Shown: piece by piece, positions 1 to 8,509 of the stretch
Layout: every line of letters starts with the position of its first letter
Position numbering within the stretch: the stretch's first letter is position 1
Source of the DNA: a virus
Lineage: Duplodnaviria; Caudoviricetes
DNA length: 37,584 nucleotides
Direction: 5' to 3' (one strand)
IMG/VR virus record: IMGVR_UViG_3300022181_000052
Location: 1-37,584 of that record
Program-made: the position numbers and the translations under genes
The notes under the pieces: generated by a model
The model's database searches: none
What the model saw: the letters and a program-made list of their open reading frames with translations, nothing else
What the model was told of the DNA's origin: nothing

Positions 1-19
1 TAAGGCGCTGTCCCTCTTT

Positions 20-62
20 TGATGCCGTGCGCGAAAAATGCGGCCTCCGTGCGCGATAATTC
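20..62 (+). repeat. Phage right end (attR-like) with two transposase-binding repeats
   Basis: CCGTGCGCGA occurs at 25-34 and 47-56, 22 bp apart. The first 23 nt match the Mu R end as I recall it (TGAAGCGGCGCACGAAAAACGCG) at 18/23. Confidence 0.85.
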
Positions 63-98
63 GGCCGCGTCGCCCGTTACACTATGTGTAATTGAGTT

Positions 99-1475
99 TC
101 AAAAACCAAGGGTCGCCCGTCGGTCGGATGGCCCTTGCCGCGTCTCCGGGGCCGGGGCATCGGTCAAGTTCTCAAACGCGGTGTACTTCTTCAGGAAGGC
201 CAGCTCCACCTCACCCACCGGGCCGTTGCGCTGCTTGCCGATGATGACCTCGGCGATCCCGGCCTTCGGGTTGTCGTCCTTCTTATTGTAGAACTCATCC
301 CGGTACAGGAACACGATCACGTCGGCGTCCTGCTCGATGGCCCCGGACTCGCGCAGGTCCGAGAGCATGGGGCGCTTGTTCGTGCGCTCCTCCACCTTGC
401 GGTTGAGCTGCGACAGGGCGATGACCGGGATGTTCAGTTCCTTGGCCAGGGCCTTCAGGTTCCGCGAGATGTCCGAGATTTCCTGTTCGCGCGAATCGAT
501 GTTGCGGCTGGAGCGCATGAGCTGGAGGTAGTCCACGACCACCAGCCCCAGCTTGTGCTCGGCCTTGAGGCGGCGGCAGCGGGCGCGCAGCTCCAGGGTG
601 GACAGCGCCGGGGTGTCGTCGATGAAGATGGGGGCCTTGCCCAGCGTGTCGGCGGCCTCCGAGAGCTTGGCCCAGTCCGCGTCGTCCAGGAAACCCGAGC
701 GCATCCGGCCCAATTCGACGCGGCCTTGGATGGCCAGCAGACGGGTCATGAGCTGCTCCATGCTCATTTCCAGGGAGAAGACCGCCGTGGCCACCTCGGA
801 CTTGACCGCCGCGCGCAGGGCCAGGTTCAGGGCGAAGGCCGTCTTGCCCATGCTCGGCCGACCGGCCACGATGACCAGGTCGCTCGGCTGGAGCCCGGCC
901 GTCATGTGGTCCAGCGCGTGGTAGCCGCTTGGGATGCCGGTGACGGCGCTTTTGGAAGCAAACCGCGCCTCCAGCTGATCAAAGACCCGGTCCACCAGGG
1001 GCTTTGCCGCCCAATAAGTCTTTTGGACCTTCGCCTCGGCGATCTCGAAGATCTGCTTCTCCGAGGCGTCCAGCAGGGCGTCCACGTCCCGGGCCTCGTA
1101 GCACTCGGAGATGATCCCGCTGGAGACGTCGATGAGGCGGCGCAGCACGGACTTGTCGCGCACGATGCGGGCGTGGTGCAGGGCGTTGGCCGCGCTCACC
1201 GGGGAATCGGCAAGCTCCGCCAGGTACACCGGGCCGCCCACCTTATCCAGGTCGCCGGACTGCTTGAGGGCCTCCGTGACCGTGACCAGGTCCACGGGCT
1301 GGGATCGCTCGGCCAGGTGCAGGAAGCTCTTAAAGATGGCCGCGTGGGCCGGAGAATAGAAATCCTCCGGGCCCACGTGGTCGATCAAAGAATTGAGCGC
1401 GTCCGGGCGGAGGAAGACCCCGCCCAGGACCGCCTGCTCGGCCTCCAGGGCCTGGGGGGTGAGGCGCGCGGTCAC
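99..1475 (-). CDS. dnaB: Replicative DNA helicase DnaB, full length, located inside the prophage
   Basis: N-terminal LEAEQAVLG, Walker A GRPSMGKT, FSLEMS, VVVDYLQLM, LSQLNR, LSDLRESGAIEQDAD and KQRNGP motifs. GTG start overlaps the upstream stop (GTGA). Confidence 0.97.
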   Translation of the reverse strand: MTARLTPQALEAEQAVLGGVFLRPDALNSLIDHVGPEDFYSPAHAAIFKSFLHLAERSQPVDLVTVTEALKQSGDLDKVGGPVYLAELADSPVSAANALHHARIVRDKSVLRRLIDVSSGIISECYEARDVDALLDASEKQIFEIAEAKVQKTYWAAKPLVDRVFDQLEARFASKSAVTGIPSGYHALDHMTAGLQPSDLVIVAGRPSMGKTAFALNLALRAAVKSEVATAVFSLEMSMEQLMTRLLAIQGRVELGRMRSGFLDDADWAKLSEAADTLGKAPIFIDDTPALSTLELRARCRRLKAEHKLGLVVVDYLQLMRSSRNIDSREQEISDISRNLKALAKELNIPVIALSQLNRKVEERTNKRPMLSDLRESGAIEQDADVIVFLYRDEFYNKKDDNPKAGIAEVIIGKQRNGPVGEVELAFLKKYTAFENLTDAPAPETRQGPSDRRATLGF

Positions 1476-1840
1476 GACGCGCCCTCGGGGTCGAGTTGAG
1501 CCTCCCGGATCGCCTTCTTCTCCAGGTACGCCTTGCAGTCCTTACACGTCCTCGGATTTTTCCCCGCCTGGCAGTCCATCGGGTAGTGAGAACTCCACTC
1601 CTTACAATGGCCCCTGGGGCATCTGTTGTGCCCATCGAGCAGACTGATGCAAATATGGATAGCCTCGCGCAGGCGCGCCTTGTCACCACGAGTCCTACAG
1701 CGATCGCCGAGATGCACAAAAAACGCCTTGACGTGCGAGTCATCCTCCACACCGAAATCTCCCCAACGCAGGCGCTTCCGGCTTGCCGTGTGGGACCGAA
1801 CCAGACGCGGAATGTCGATCCAATAGTAAGGGTCAGCCAT
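1472..1840 (-). CDS. Hypothetical Cys-rich (probable Zn-binding) protein
   Basis: 122-aa ORF overlapping both neighbours. C-terminal CPRGHC...C...CKDC. Lower GC than the flanks. Confidence 0.7.
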   Translation of the reverse strand: MADPYYWIDIPRLVRSHTASRKRLRWGDFGVEDDSHVKAFFVHLGDRCRTRGDKARLREAIHICISLLDGHNRCPRGHCKEWSSHYPMDCQAGKNPRTCKDCKAYLEKKAIREAQLDPEGAS

Positions 1841-2219
1841 TATACACCCCCATCACCTTGCCAATAACGCACCACGGCTCGTGGCCTGAGTACGGGTTCT
1901 GGCGGCAGCGCGGGCATTTGCCGTCACTGCACCATTGCACCTCGGCCAAAGCCTCGCGCAGGGCGGCAATCTCGGACCGGAGGCCGCCGAGGCTGCCGGG
2001 CCGGTCGTCGGCATCCTCCAGGGTGATGCCGTGCGCCGACTGGAACTCGGCATAGGCGCTCTTGATCGCGGCCATCCCCTCCTGGAGCTTGTCGCGCTCG
2101 TCCACGACCTCGCGCACCAGGTCCACCAGCTCACGCAGCTTGGCGCTGGAGATGCCTGGGAACTGGGCAGGAGAGAGAATGCGTATCAGAAGCTCCTCAA
2201 GACGCGGATCAACGGGCAT
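1833..2219 (-). CDS. Hypothetical protein with coiled coil and CxxC...H...C motif
   Basis: Start taken as MPVDPR (ATG 2219, downstream of GGAGGTG). Overlaps the adjacent genes. Contains CPRCRQNPYSGHEPWC. Confidence 0.7.
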   Translation of the reverse strand: MPVDPRLEELLIRILSPAQFPGISSAKLRELVDLVREVVDERDKLQEGMAAIKSAYAEFQSAHGITLEDADDRPGSLGGLRSEIAALREALAEVQWCSDGKCPRCRQNPYSGHEPWCVIGKVMGVYNG

Positions 2220-2442
2220 TATGCACCTCCATCTCAAAATCAGCCTGGCATTCAGCGCAGCGCTCGGCGTCCGGCAGCACGGCCAGGCGCGCGGACGGGA
2301 TGGGCTCCCCGCACTCGCGGCAGCAGGGAACGCCGTCGATCCAATCCGGCCCTTGGCCCGAGGCGCGGTTGGTGACCCGGGCCAGGGCTTCGGCGTTGTC
2401 CAGGGCGATGGCCAGCTGGCTCATGTCGACCTCGTCAGCCAC
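2209..2442 (-). CDS. TraR/DksA C4-type zinc finger protein
   Basis: N-terminal MADEVD acidic tip, then CRECGEPIPSARL...CAECQ, typical of phage TraR-like proteins. Confidence 0.9.
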   Translation of the reverse strand: MADEVDMSQLAIALDNAEALARVTNRASGQGPDWIDGVPCCRECGEPIPSARLAVLPDAERCAECQADFEMEVHNAR

Positions 2443-2445
2443 GGC

Positions 2446-3165
2446 CTACGCCCCCTGCGGCGGCAGCGTGTAGGCCACGGCGATGGACTGCACGGCCGCC
2501 ACATCCTGGGCGGCTTGAATCCGGTCCATGTAGCCGTTGCGCTGCCCCTCGACGTAGAGGCCGATGGAGCGCCACGCGGCGCGGTTGGCGCGGATGCGCT
2601 CGGCCTGTTCGGTGATGGTCAGGTCGGCTCCGCCGGAGGCCACGCGGCCAGCCACGAGCTGGGCCAATCCCGGGCACTGGGCCTCGGTGATGGTTCCGGC
2701 CAGGAGCGCCTCGGCCTCGGCGGCCTGCACGTCCCAGGTGGCCATGCTGTACTGGCCGTATTCGGGCTGAATGGCCGCGATATAGGAATCCATCGCCGCC
2801 TTGGCTTCGTCGCGCTTGAGCGCCTTGGCTTCGTCCAGTGTCAGGCCGTAGTAAGGATCGTGCAGGTCGGCCAGCTCCTCCAGGCTGGAGGGGCAGCGAA
2901 CTAGATCCCAATGGGCCGGGACCACGTGGGCGGGGATGACCTCGCCGGTGACCTCGTGCGTGGACTCGGGGACTTCGACGTCCGGCCGCCGGATGACGAC
3001 GCTCGGGAATGCGCTCGGGTACATGCCCGGATGGTCGGCGAGGTATTGCGCCACGGCCTGGGAATCGGTGTACCACTCGATGATCGTATGCCCCTGGCCG
3101 GAGGCCGAGGCCACGAAGGCGCGCGACTCGGCCGACTGGCGGTTGTGCAGAATGATGAAGCCCAT
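2446..3165 (-). CDS. Tail-fibre-associated or assembly-like protein
   Basis: ATG at 3165 after GGAGG. Follows the fibre genes. The C-terminal 'TWDVQAAEAEA...AERIRANRAAW...IQAAQDVAAVQSI' resembles proteins found downstream of tail fibres. Confidence 0.6.
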   Translation of the reverse strand: MGFIILHNRQSAESRAFVASASGQGHTIIEWYTDSQAVAQYLADHPGMYPSAFPSVVIRRPDVEVPESTHEVTGEVIPAHVVPAHWDLVRCPSSLEELADLHDPYYGLTLDEAKALKRDEAKAAMDSYIAAIQPEYGQYSMATWDVQAAEAEALLAGTITEAQCPGLAQLVAGRVASGGADLTITEQAERIRANRAAWRSIGLYVEGQRNGYMDRIQAAQDVAAVQSIAVAYTLPPQGA

Positions 3166-3185
3166 GTATGCCTCCATATCCGGCT

Positions 3186-4307
3186 CTAAGCCGGGTCGAT
3201 CTTGTGAGGTCCGATGACCGCGCCCGCGCCGCCCGCGCCGCCGGTGACGGGATAGGACGCGCTGCATGCGCCTCCGACGCCTCCGGCCGCCGAAATGCCG
3301 CCCGCGAAGCTGTTGCCACGCGCGTAGAGCACGACCACGACGCCACCCCCGGAGCCGCCGCCGGTGGCGGCCTGATAGGCGGACACGTCGCCGCCGTCAG
3401 TGCCCTTGGATTCAATGACTCCCGACCCGGACAAGGTGCCGCCCACGATCAGGATCAAAAGGCCGCCGGTTCCGGCGTCGCCCGCCGCGCCGCCCTGGTC
3501 CCCGGCCCCGCCGGGATTGCCCGCGCCGCCGGTGCAGGGCGTGGTGGAGTCGTAGCCGTCGGCCGCGCCGCCCGCTCCGCCGTAAGCGGCGGCCGGGCCT
3601 CCCGTCTGGAGGTCGTGGTTCGAACTGCCACGGGTCGCGCCGCCGCCTCCGCCGCCGCCGGAAAAACACGTCCCGGCCGCGCCCGCGCCACCGTTGCACC
3701 CGACGGACCCGCCGCCGCCTCCGCCTCCACCGGAGCCGTTGGCCGCAGTCCCGCCGGTCGGGCCGGTGCCGTTGTATTCCACGGCGGTTGCCGGGGCTCC
3801 GGCCCCTCCGATGCGTGGGATGCGGATGACCCGGCCGTTGCCGGTCACGCGGGGTTGCTTCGTTTCGGCGGCGGCCGCCGCCGCGCCGCATCCCCAGAGG
3901 AGATCCTCGTCCGTGTCCGTGTCCGTGACCCCGGCGGCGAGGCGGCGGATGGTGATGCCGTCCGCCGGGACCGCATGTCCGCAGCCCGGGGCCACGGGGG
4001 TGTTGGCCGTGACTGCCGCGTCCGCCGGATTGGCCTTGCAGCCTCGCCCGGTCATGGACAGCTTGCCGTTGATGACGCAGTCGCCCGTCACGTAGACGAG
4101 CAGGCCCCTGCACCGCGCGGCCGTGGTCAGGGTTTTCCCGGCGTTGATGGTCAGGCTCTTGTAGTGTTTGACCACCATGTCGCCGTCTTGGGTCGCGGCC
4201 AGGGAGGTGTCGGCCGAGATGACCACGTCGCCGTCGGTCCCCTCGCCGAAGTAGTTCCGCGCCGCGTTCCGGCGGCGCAGGTCGGGATAGCTGCGGTGCT
4301 GGCTCAT
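3186..4307 (-). CDS. Glycine-rich tail/receptor-binding protein
   Basis: Start MSQHRSY (4307). N-terminal 'YFGEGTDGDVVIS' followed by extensive GGxG repeats. Located in the tail-fibre region. Confidence 0.7.
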   Translation of the reverse strand: MSQHRSYPDLRRRNAARNYFGEGTDGDVVISADTSLAATQDGDMVVKHYKSLTINAGKTLTTAARCRGLLVYVTGDCVINGKLSMTGRGCKANPADAAVTANTPVAPGCGHAVPADGITIRRLAAGVTDTDTDEDLLWGCGAAAAAAETKQPRVTGNGRVIRIPRIGGAGAPATAVEYNGTGPTGGTAANGSGGGGGGGGSVGCNGGAGAAGTCFSGGGGGGGATRGSSNHDLQTGGPAAAYGGAGGAADGYDSTTPCTGGAGNPGGAGDQGGAAGDAGTGGLLILIVGGTLSGSGVIESKGTDGGDVSAYQAATGGGSGGGVVVVLYARGNSFAGGISAAGGVGGACSASYPVTGGAGGAGAVIGPHKIDPA

Positions 4308-4309
4308 GG

Positions 4310-5605
4310 TCAGCTCCAGGCCTCGGCGCGGCCGACGACGCGGTACTGGATCTCCAGCCCGATGAGCCAGGCCGGAACCGGCATGGCCGCGCCCGCGCCC
4401 GCGTAGTCCGCGTCGCGGGTCACGCGCAGGGTGATGCGGTCCCCGGTTTGCGGCGTCGCGCCGCAACTGATGGGCGCGGACGCCGCGCTGACGTGCTCGC
4501 GCAGGTTGGTCGACGCCGGGCCCACCTGATCCTCCACGGTCACGGCACCCCCAAACGGCAGGTTCCAAAGGTTCCGGTTGGCGATGGTGCTTTCGCCGGT
4601 GGCCCCGGCGGCCAGCTTCCAGCCCACATATTGCCCCTCGACCGCGGTGCCCAGGGCGGGCACCCAATGCAGCTTCGCCCGCATGGCCCCCTTGTCCCAA
4701 TTCTGGGGCAGCACGAAGGCGGCCTCGGCCGCCGTGTCGGCGACAGTCCCGAACTCCATGTAATCCACGTTCAGCAGCGACGAGGCGTATTCGTTGGTCC
4801 CGGCCGTGGCTCCATTGGTCTTGCAGGGGACCATCGCGCCTGCGCCGATCCACATGGTCTCGTAGCGGGCCACGTAGGGGAGCTGCGCCGATCCGCCGTG
4901 GTTGTACCAGTACAGGCTGCCCGCGCTCTTGATCGCGAGCGTTTCGGCGGGTTGGATGTCGAAGGACGATACGCCCTGGGCGGCCCGGGACAGCACGATC
5001 TTGTCGGTCCCGGCGCATTGCAGCGTGACCGGGTATTGGCCGCTGTGGACGAATTCAAACCCGGCACCGGACACCGGGGCGCATACCGTGGCGGGCGGCA
5101 GATTGATCGTGATCGGCCCCGCTCCGCCGACCACCAGAAGCATCCCGATGTCCGCCGCCGTCAACGTGCAGGACTCCGAGATCCCGCGCAGGCCCCGGAA
5201 GTTGCCGAGGGCGCGCTGCACGAACGCGGTGGTGGCGGGGGATTCGTCGGCGTCGAACTGCGGGGGGGTGGTGAACGCCCGGTGGGCCTCGGGGTTGGTG
5301 TTGTGGGCGGCGATGTCCGCCCCGAAAACTTCACCGATCGCGGCCCACAGTCCGTCCACGATCTTCTGCGGGTCTCCATCATCCACCACGCCCGGGGCGT
5401 ACCCCTCGGCGATAAACTGCGCCACGCCGTTACAGAAGCGGGTGACCTGACGCATGGCCGTGTTCGCCAAGGCGCGGCGGGCGATCCCGACCTGGTGCCC
5501 GAGCGGAGTCTGTACATCCGCGGCGTAATCCGCAGGGGACATGACGTCCCCGGACGCCGTGGTTCCATTTTTCGCAAACACCTGAATTTCGTTGATGATC
5601 GACAT
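4310..5605 (-). CDS. Tail fibre protein
   Basis: N-terminal anchor 'ANTAMRQ...VAQFIA...VVDDGD' and the fibre motif 'TPPQFDADESPATTAFVQRALGN'. Directly follows the baseplate genes. Confidence 0.8.
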   Translation of the reverse strand: MSIINEIQVFAKNGTTASGDVMSPADYAADVQTPLGHQVGIARRALANTAMRQVTRFCNGVAQFIAEGYAPGVVDDGDPQKIVDGLWAAIGEVFGADIAAHNTNPEAHRAFTTPPQFDADESPATTAFVQRALGNFRGLRGISESCTLTAADIGMLLVVGGAGPITINLPPATVCAPVSGAGFEFVHSGQYPVTLQCAGTDKIVLSRAAQGVSSFDIQPAETLAIKSAGSLYWYNHGGSAQLPYVARYETMWIGAGAMVPCKTNGATAGTNEYASSLLNVDYMEFGTVADTAAEAAFVLPQNWDKGAMRAKLHWVPALGTAVEGQYVGWKLAAGATGESTIANRNLWNLPFGGAVTVEDQVGPASTNLREHVSAASAPISCGATPQTGDRITLRVTRDADYAGAGAAMPVPAWLIGLEIQYRVVGRAEAWS

Positions 5606-5617
5606 GTATCCTCCTCG

Positions 5618-6292
5618 TTACGGGACGATCAGTTCCGGCCAGCCGGATATGTCCCATCCGTTGAGCCCGTCGGACGCGCAGTCCCAGGCGAAGATCGCCC
5701 CTCCCTGCGGGGGGACAGCGTAGTACCTGACCCGCACCCCCTCAGGTTTGAGCGGGATATAGCCCTTGGTCAGCAGCGCCTTCGTCACCGCATCCGGGTG
5801 CAGCCCGGCCACGCCGACGGCGATGCTCATGTCCTGATTGTCCTGGATTATGACCGACGAGCCGACGGCGGCGAACGCCGTCTCCCAGACCTTATAGGCA
5901 CCGGGGATCGTGCCGTCCCAGGCGTTGGCCGCGATCTTGGCCCTCAACAGGACGCGGTACGCATCGTCGGGCAGGCTCACCATGCTGGTCTCGGGATCAT
6001 ACAGCCCCATCCACGACCCCTGCCCCCAACCGACCCCTGCCTCATCCCAGGAGAAGTAGACGCCCTCCAATGGCGTTTCCAACCCACGGGCCCTGCCGAC
6101 CCAATCCCCAATCTGGTCCAGCTGCACCCCCACGGCCGTGTCCAGATCGAACCCCCGGCGGATAGCGTCCAGCAGTCCCTGCGTGCTCACCACGGACCCC
6201 GTCAGGCAGGAGCACCAAGCGATGAACCTTGGCGCGCCGCGATACAGCGAGGTGATCAGGCTCAGGTACGTATCGAGGGTCGGCAGGGCCAT
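5618..6292 (-). CDS. Baseplate wedge protein (DUF2612-like)
   Basis: 'FDLDTAVGVQLDQIGDWVG...LPDDAYRVLLRAKIAANAWDGT'; follows baseplate J. Confidence 0.85.
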   Translation of the reverse strand: MALPTLDTYLSLITSLYRGAPRFIAWCSCLTGSVVSTQGLLDAIRRGFDLDTAVGVQLDQIGDWVGRARGLETPLEGVYFSWDEAGVGWGQGSWMGLYDPETSMVSLPDDAYRVLLRAKIAANAWDGTIPGAYKVWETAFAAVGSSVIIQDNQDMSIAVGVAGLHPDAVTKALLTKGYIPLKPEGVRVRYYAVPPQGGAIFAWDCASDGLNGWDISGWPELIVP

Positions 6293-6302
6293 GTCCGCGC
6301 TC

Positions 6303-7475
6303 CTAGTTCACCGTCAGGGCGATGTCGCCCGCGTCGCCGCCGGCCACCTCGTTGAATGCGATGGCGATGTTGGACGCGGCCGGAGTGCCGCCGTGCTTTG
6401 CGATGGTCAGGCCGGTCACATCGAAGGTCCGCCGGGTGGAGTCCGGCTCGGCGGCGTTGATTGGGGTGTAGAGTTTGGACAGCAGCACGTCCTCGCCGAT
6501 GTCCAAGGTGTTCAAGTAGGCGGCCAGGTTCGTTTTGATGGCCTCTCCCGTGGTTGAGATGTAGCCCGCCCGGGCCGTGATCTCGACGATCACGGTCACG
6601 GGCACGGCGCCGGGACGGAAGAACCGGATGAGATTCGGCATGCCGTATCGGTCCGTCACCGTGGCCGAGGTTGTGCCGTAGGTGGGGCTGCCGGGCGTCT
6701 TCTTGGTGGCGATGGCCCGCGTTATTTCCTCCGTGTTTCCCCCCTCGACCACGATGGCCAAAGCATGCGCCGGGATGCCGTTCTCGTCCGCGACGTCGTC
6801 ATCATTCTCGTAGCCCTTGAACCGCGTCACCCCGGGCAGGCTGGCCACCGCGCCCACAATGCCGTCCAGGACCGTCCACGACGGCAGCGCGGTGGAAACC
6901 CGCTGTCTGGAGCGCAAGGCGGCGTCGGACTCAACGGCGGTTCCCGGGGTGGCCGCCGTAGCATTGGTCACGGACTGCCAGCCGCGCGTGGGAGTCGAAA
7001 TAGAGCGTACCTCTCCGGCCGCCGCCTGCACGCTTCCGGCCTCCTGGGCCGTTGCCGTCACGGTGATCTCGCCGGAGACGGGGATGACCACGGCTGCGGG
7101 GAGGGTCCACTTCTGACCGGCCACGTCCTCCACCACACCTGAGGTGATCACGGTCCCGGCGGTCCCCGCCAGGGTCACGTCCACCGTGGAATAGCTGGCC
7201 GTTTGGCGGGCGATACCATTGATCTGCACCCGGCTGGAGAGCCCGACCCCCTGGGCAGTGCTCGGCCCGAAGGAGTTGTACACGCTCACTGCGAGTTGGT
7301 TGGCGTCGTGCAAGGCCAACGCGAACATGGCCAGCATCTGGCCCTCTTGGCTGTCGGCCTCCAGATAGAGGTCCGCCCCGTAGATGGATCGGTACCGGGC
7401 CTGCAGATCCTCCAGGATCTCCGGGTATGTCGGGGTGTGGATGCCGGTGGCGTCGATGGTGCCCACGAGGGTCAT
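6303..7475 (-). CDS. Baseplate J/gp47-family protein
   Basis: 'TAQGVGLS', 'ESDAALRSR' and 'GIPAHALAIVVEGG' motifs. Confidence 0.9.
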   Translation of the reverse strand: MTLVGTIDATGIHTPTYPEILEDLQARYRSIYGADLYLEADSQEGQMLAMFALALHDANQLAVSVYNSFGPSTAQGVGLSSRVQINGIARQTASYSTVDVTLAGTAGTVITSGVVEDVAGQKWTLPAAVVIPVSGEITVTATAQEAGSVQAAAGEVRSISTPTRGWQSVTNATAATPGTAVESDAALRSRQRVSTALPSWTVLDGIVGAVASLPGVTRFKGYENDDDVADENGIPAHALAIVVEGGNTEEITRAIATKKTPGSPTYGTTSATVTDRYGMPNLIRFFRPGAVPVTVIVEITARAGYISTTGEAIKTNLAAYLNTLDIGEDVLLSKLYTPINAAEPDSTRRTFDVTGLTIAKHGGTPAASNIAIAFNEVAGGDAGDIALTVN

Positions 7476-7829
7476 TTACAGCACCTCCTGGACCGTGGCC
7501 GGTCCGTACTCGGTGTTGATGGCCACGCTGATGGTCAGGCGCCGTGAGTCACCGTCGAAGGCTGACTCATAGCTTTCGATGCTGGCCACGCCCTCGGTCT
7601 CCAGGATGCGGGCCCGGATGATCGGGTCGTAGCTTTCCTTGGTGTGCTTGCCGAACACGCCGCCCACGTAGGGAGTGCCCTCGGCCAGGTCCAGGAACCA
7701 TTCCCCGGCCAGCAGCCGCAGGCGCTGCACCACGGCCTGGGCCACGCCGCGCGGGTCATCAGTCCAGTAGTCGGCCTGTCCATGCCCGGCCTGCATGTCG
7801 GTGCCGTCGGTCCACTTCCGCAGTCGCAT
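7476..7829 (-). CDS. Baseplate wedge/sheath-initiator protein
   Basis: Start MRLRK (7829). 'VAQAVVQRLRLLAGEWFLDLAEGTPY...ILETEGV...INTEYG'. Confidence 0.8.
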   Translation of the reverse strand: MRLRKWTDGTDMQAGHGQADYWTDDPRGVAQAVVQRLRLLAGEWFLDLAEGTPYVGGVFGKHTKESYDPIIRARILETEGVASIESYESAFDGDSRRLTISVAINTEYGPATVQEVL

Positions 7830-7831
7830 GG

Positions 7832-8509
7832 CTATTCCCCCGGGCCTTCGGGCGGGTTGATGGGCAGCGTGACGTTGGTGATGGTCGCGCCCTGTTGCCA
7901 AGTCTTGATTTCATAGGAGCCACCGCCCAGACTGGTGATGCGCTGGCCGTAGCCGTCCACGTCCCAAGAGTAGGATTTGCGGGCGTGCAGCTCGATGTCC
8001 TCGCTGTCGATGCGCACCCGGCCCGAGGGCTGGATCTCGATGTAGGTGGTCCCGTCATTCGTTCGGAGCTGCACATTTTCGGCGCTCACGTTGTCCAGTC
8101 GCTCGGCCTGGCTGAACGGTCCGACCAGGGCGAACCCGTCCGAAAGGTCGTGCAGCCTGGGCTCCAGGGGCTCCTGCACCCCGCCGGACTGCCACCAGGC
8201 ATCCATGCACCGGCTGGAGAAGACCACCAGACACTCATCCCCTGACTTGACCGGGAAGGTGAGCGTGAATCCCCCGCCGCGCGGGAATACCACGGGAACG
8301 TCCACGAGCAGGGGCAGGGCCACGGAGCGCGTGGAGCCGTCCGGTCCAGTGACGCGGCCCTTGATGGCCGCCTGCACGCTCACGGTCATGGCCACGGGGT
8401 CGAAGCCCGCCACCACGCCGGGGAGGGCTGTCCAGACCTCGGCCAGGCGGCCGTCCAGGGCGGCGCGGACAGCCTCCACCGGATCATTGAAGCGCTCACG
8501 CCGGTCCAT
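7832..8509 (-). CDS. Baseplate spike protein (Gp138 N-terminal / gpV-like)
   Basis: 'TALPGVV', 'LLVDVPVVFPRGGGFTLTFPVKSGDECLVVFSSRCMDAWWQSG', 'HDLSDGF'. Confidence 0.85.
   Translation of the reverse strand: MDRRERFNDPVEAVRAALDGRLAEVWTALPGVVAGFDPVAMTVSVQAAIKGRVTGPDGSTRSVALPLLVDVPVVFPRGGGFTLTFPVKSGDECLVVFSSRCMDAWWQSGGVQEPLEPRLHDLSDGFALVGPFSQAERLDNVSAENVQLRTNDGTTYIEIQPSGRVRIDSEDIELHARKSYSWDVDGYGQRITSLGGGSYEIKTWQQGATITNVTLPINPPEGPGE

Noticed and set aside
50-81. '...CCCGTTACA' as the right end of a second element lying to the left
   Set aside because: The repeat orientation and the register with both the Mu R end and the 37487 end fit a TG start at 20 better.
99-1475. dnaB as a host gene flanking, or disrupted by, the prophage
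   Set aside because: I found no TG end motif near 1475. The start overlaps a phage ORF stop, and a convincing Mu-type end lies beyond the dnaB stop at position 20. It is not fully excluded without the rest of the genome.
3909-3927. Short tandem hexamers (GTCCGT x3; also CCGGAG repeats near 9370-9390)
   Set aside because: They encode simple TD and GS dipeptide runs in frame and are too short to imply phase variation.
3186-5605. Diversity-generating retroelement or invertible tail-fibre segment
   Set aside because: No reverse transcriptase or invertase in the window, and I saw no TR/VR pair or flanking inverted repeats.
4448-6355. 635-aa + strand ORF and similar long antisense ORFs (135..1499, 18445..19701, 20321..21523)
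   Set aside because: They lie opposite well-supported genes and have Arg/Gly/Pro-rich, non-protein-like composition.
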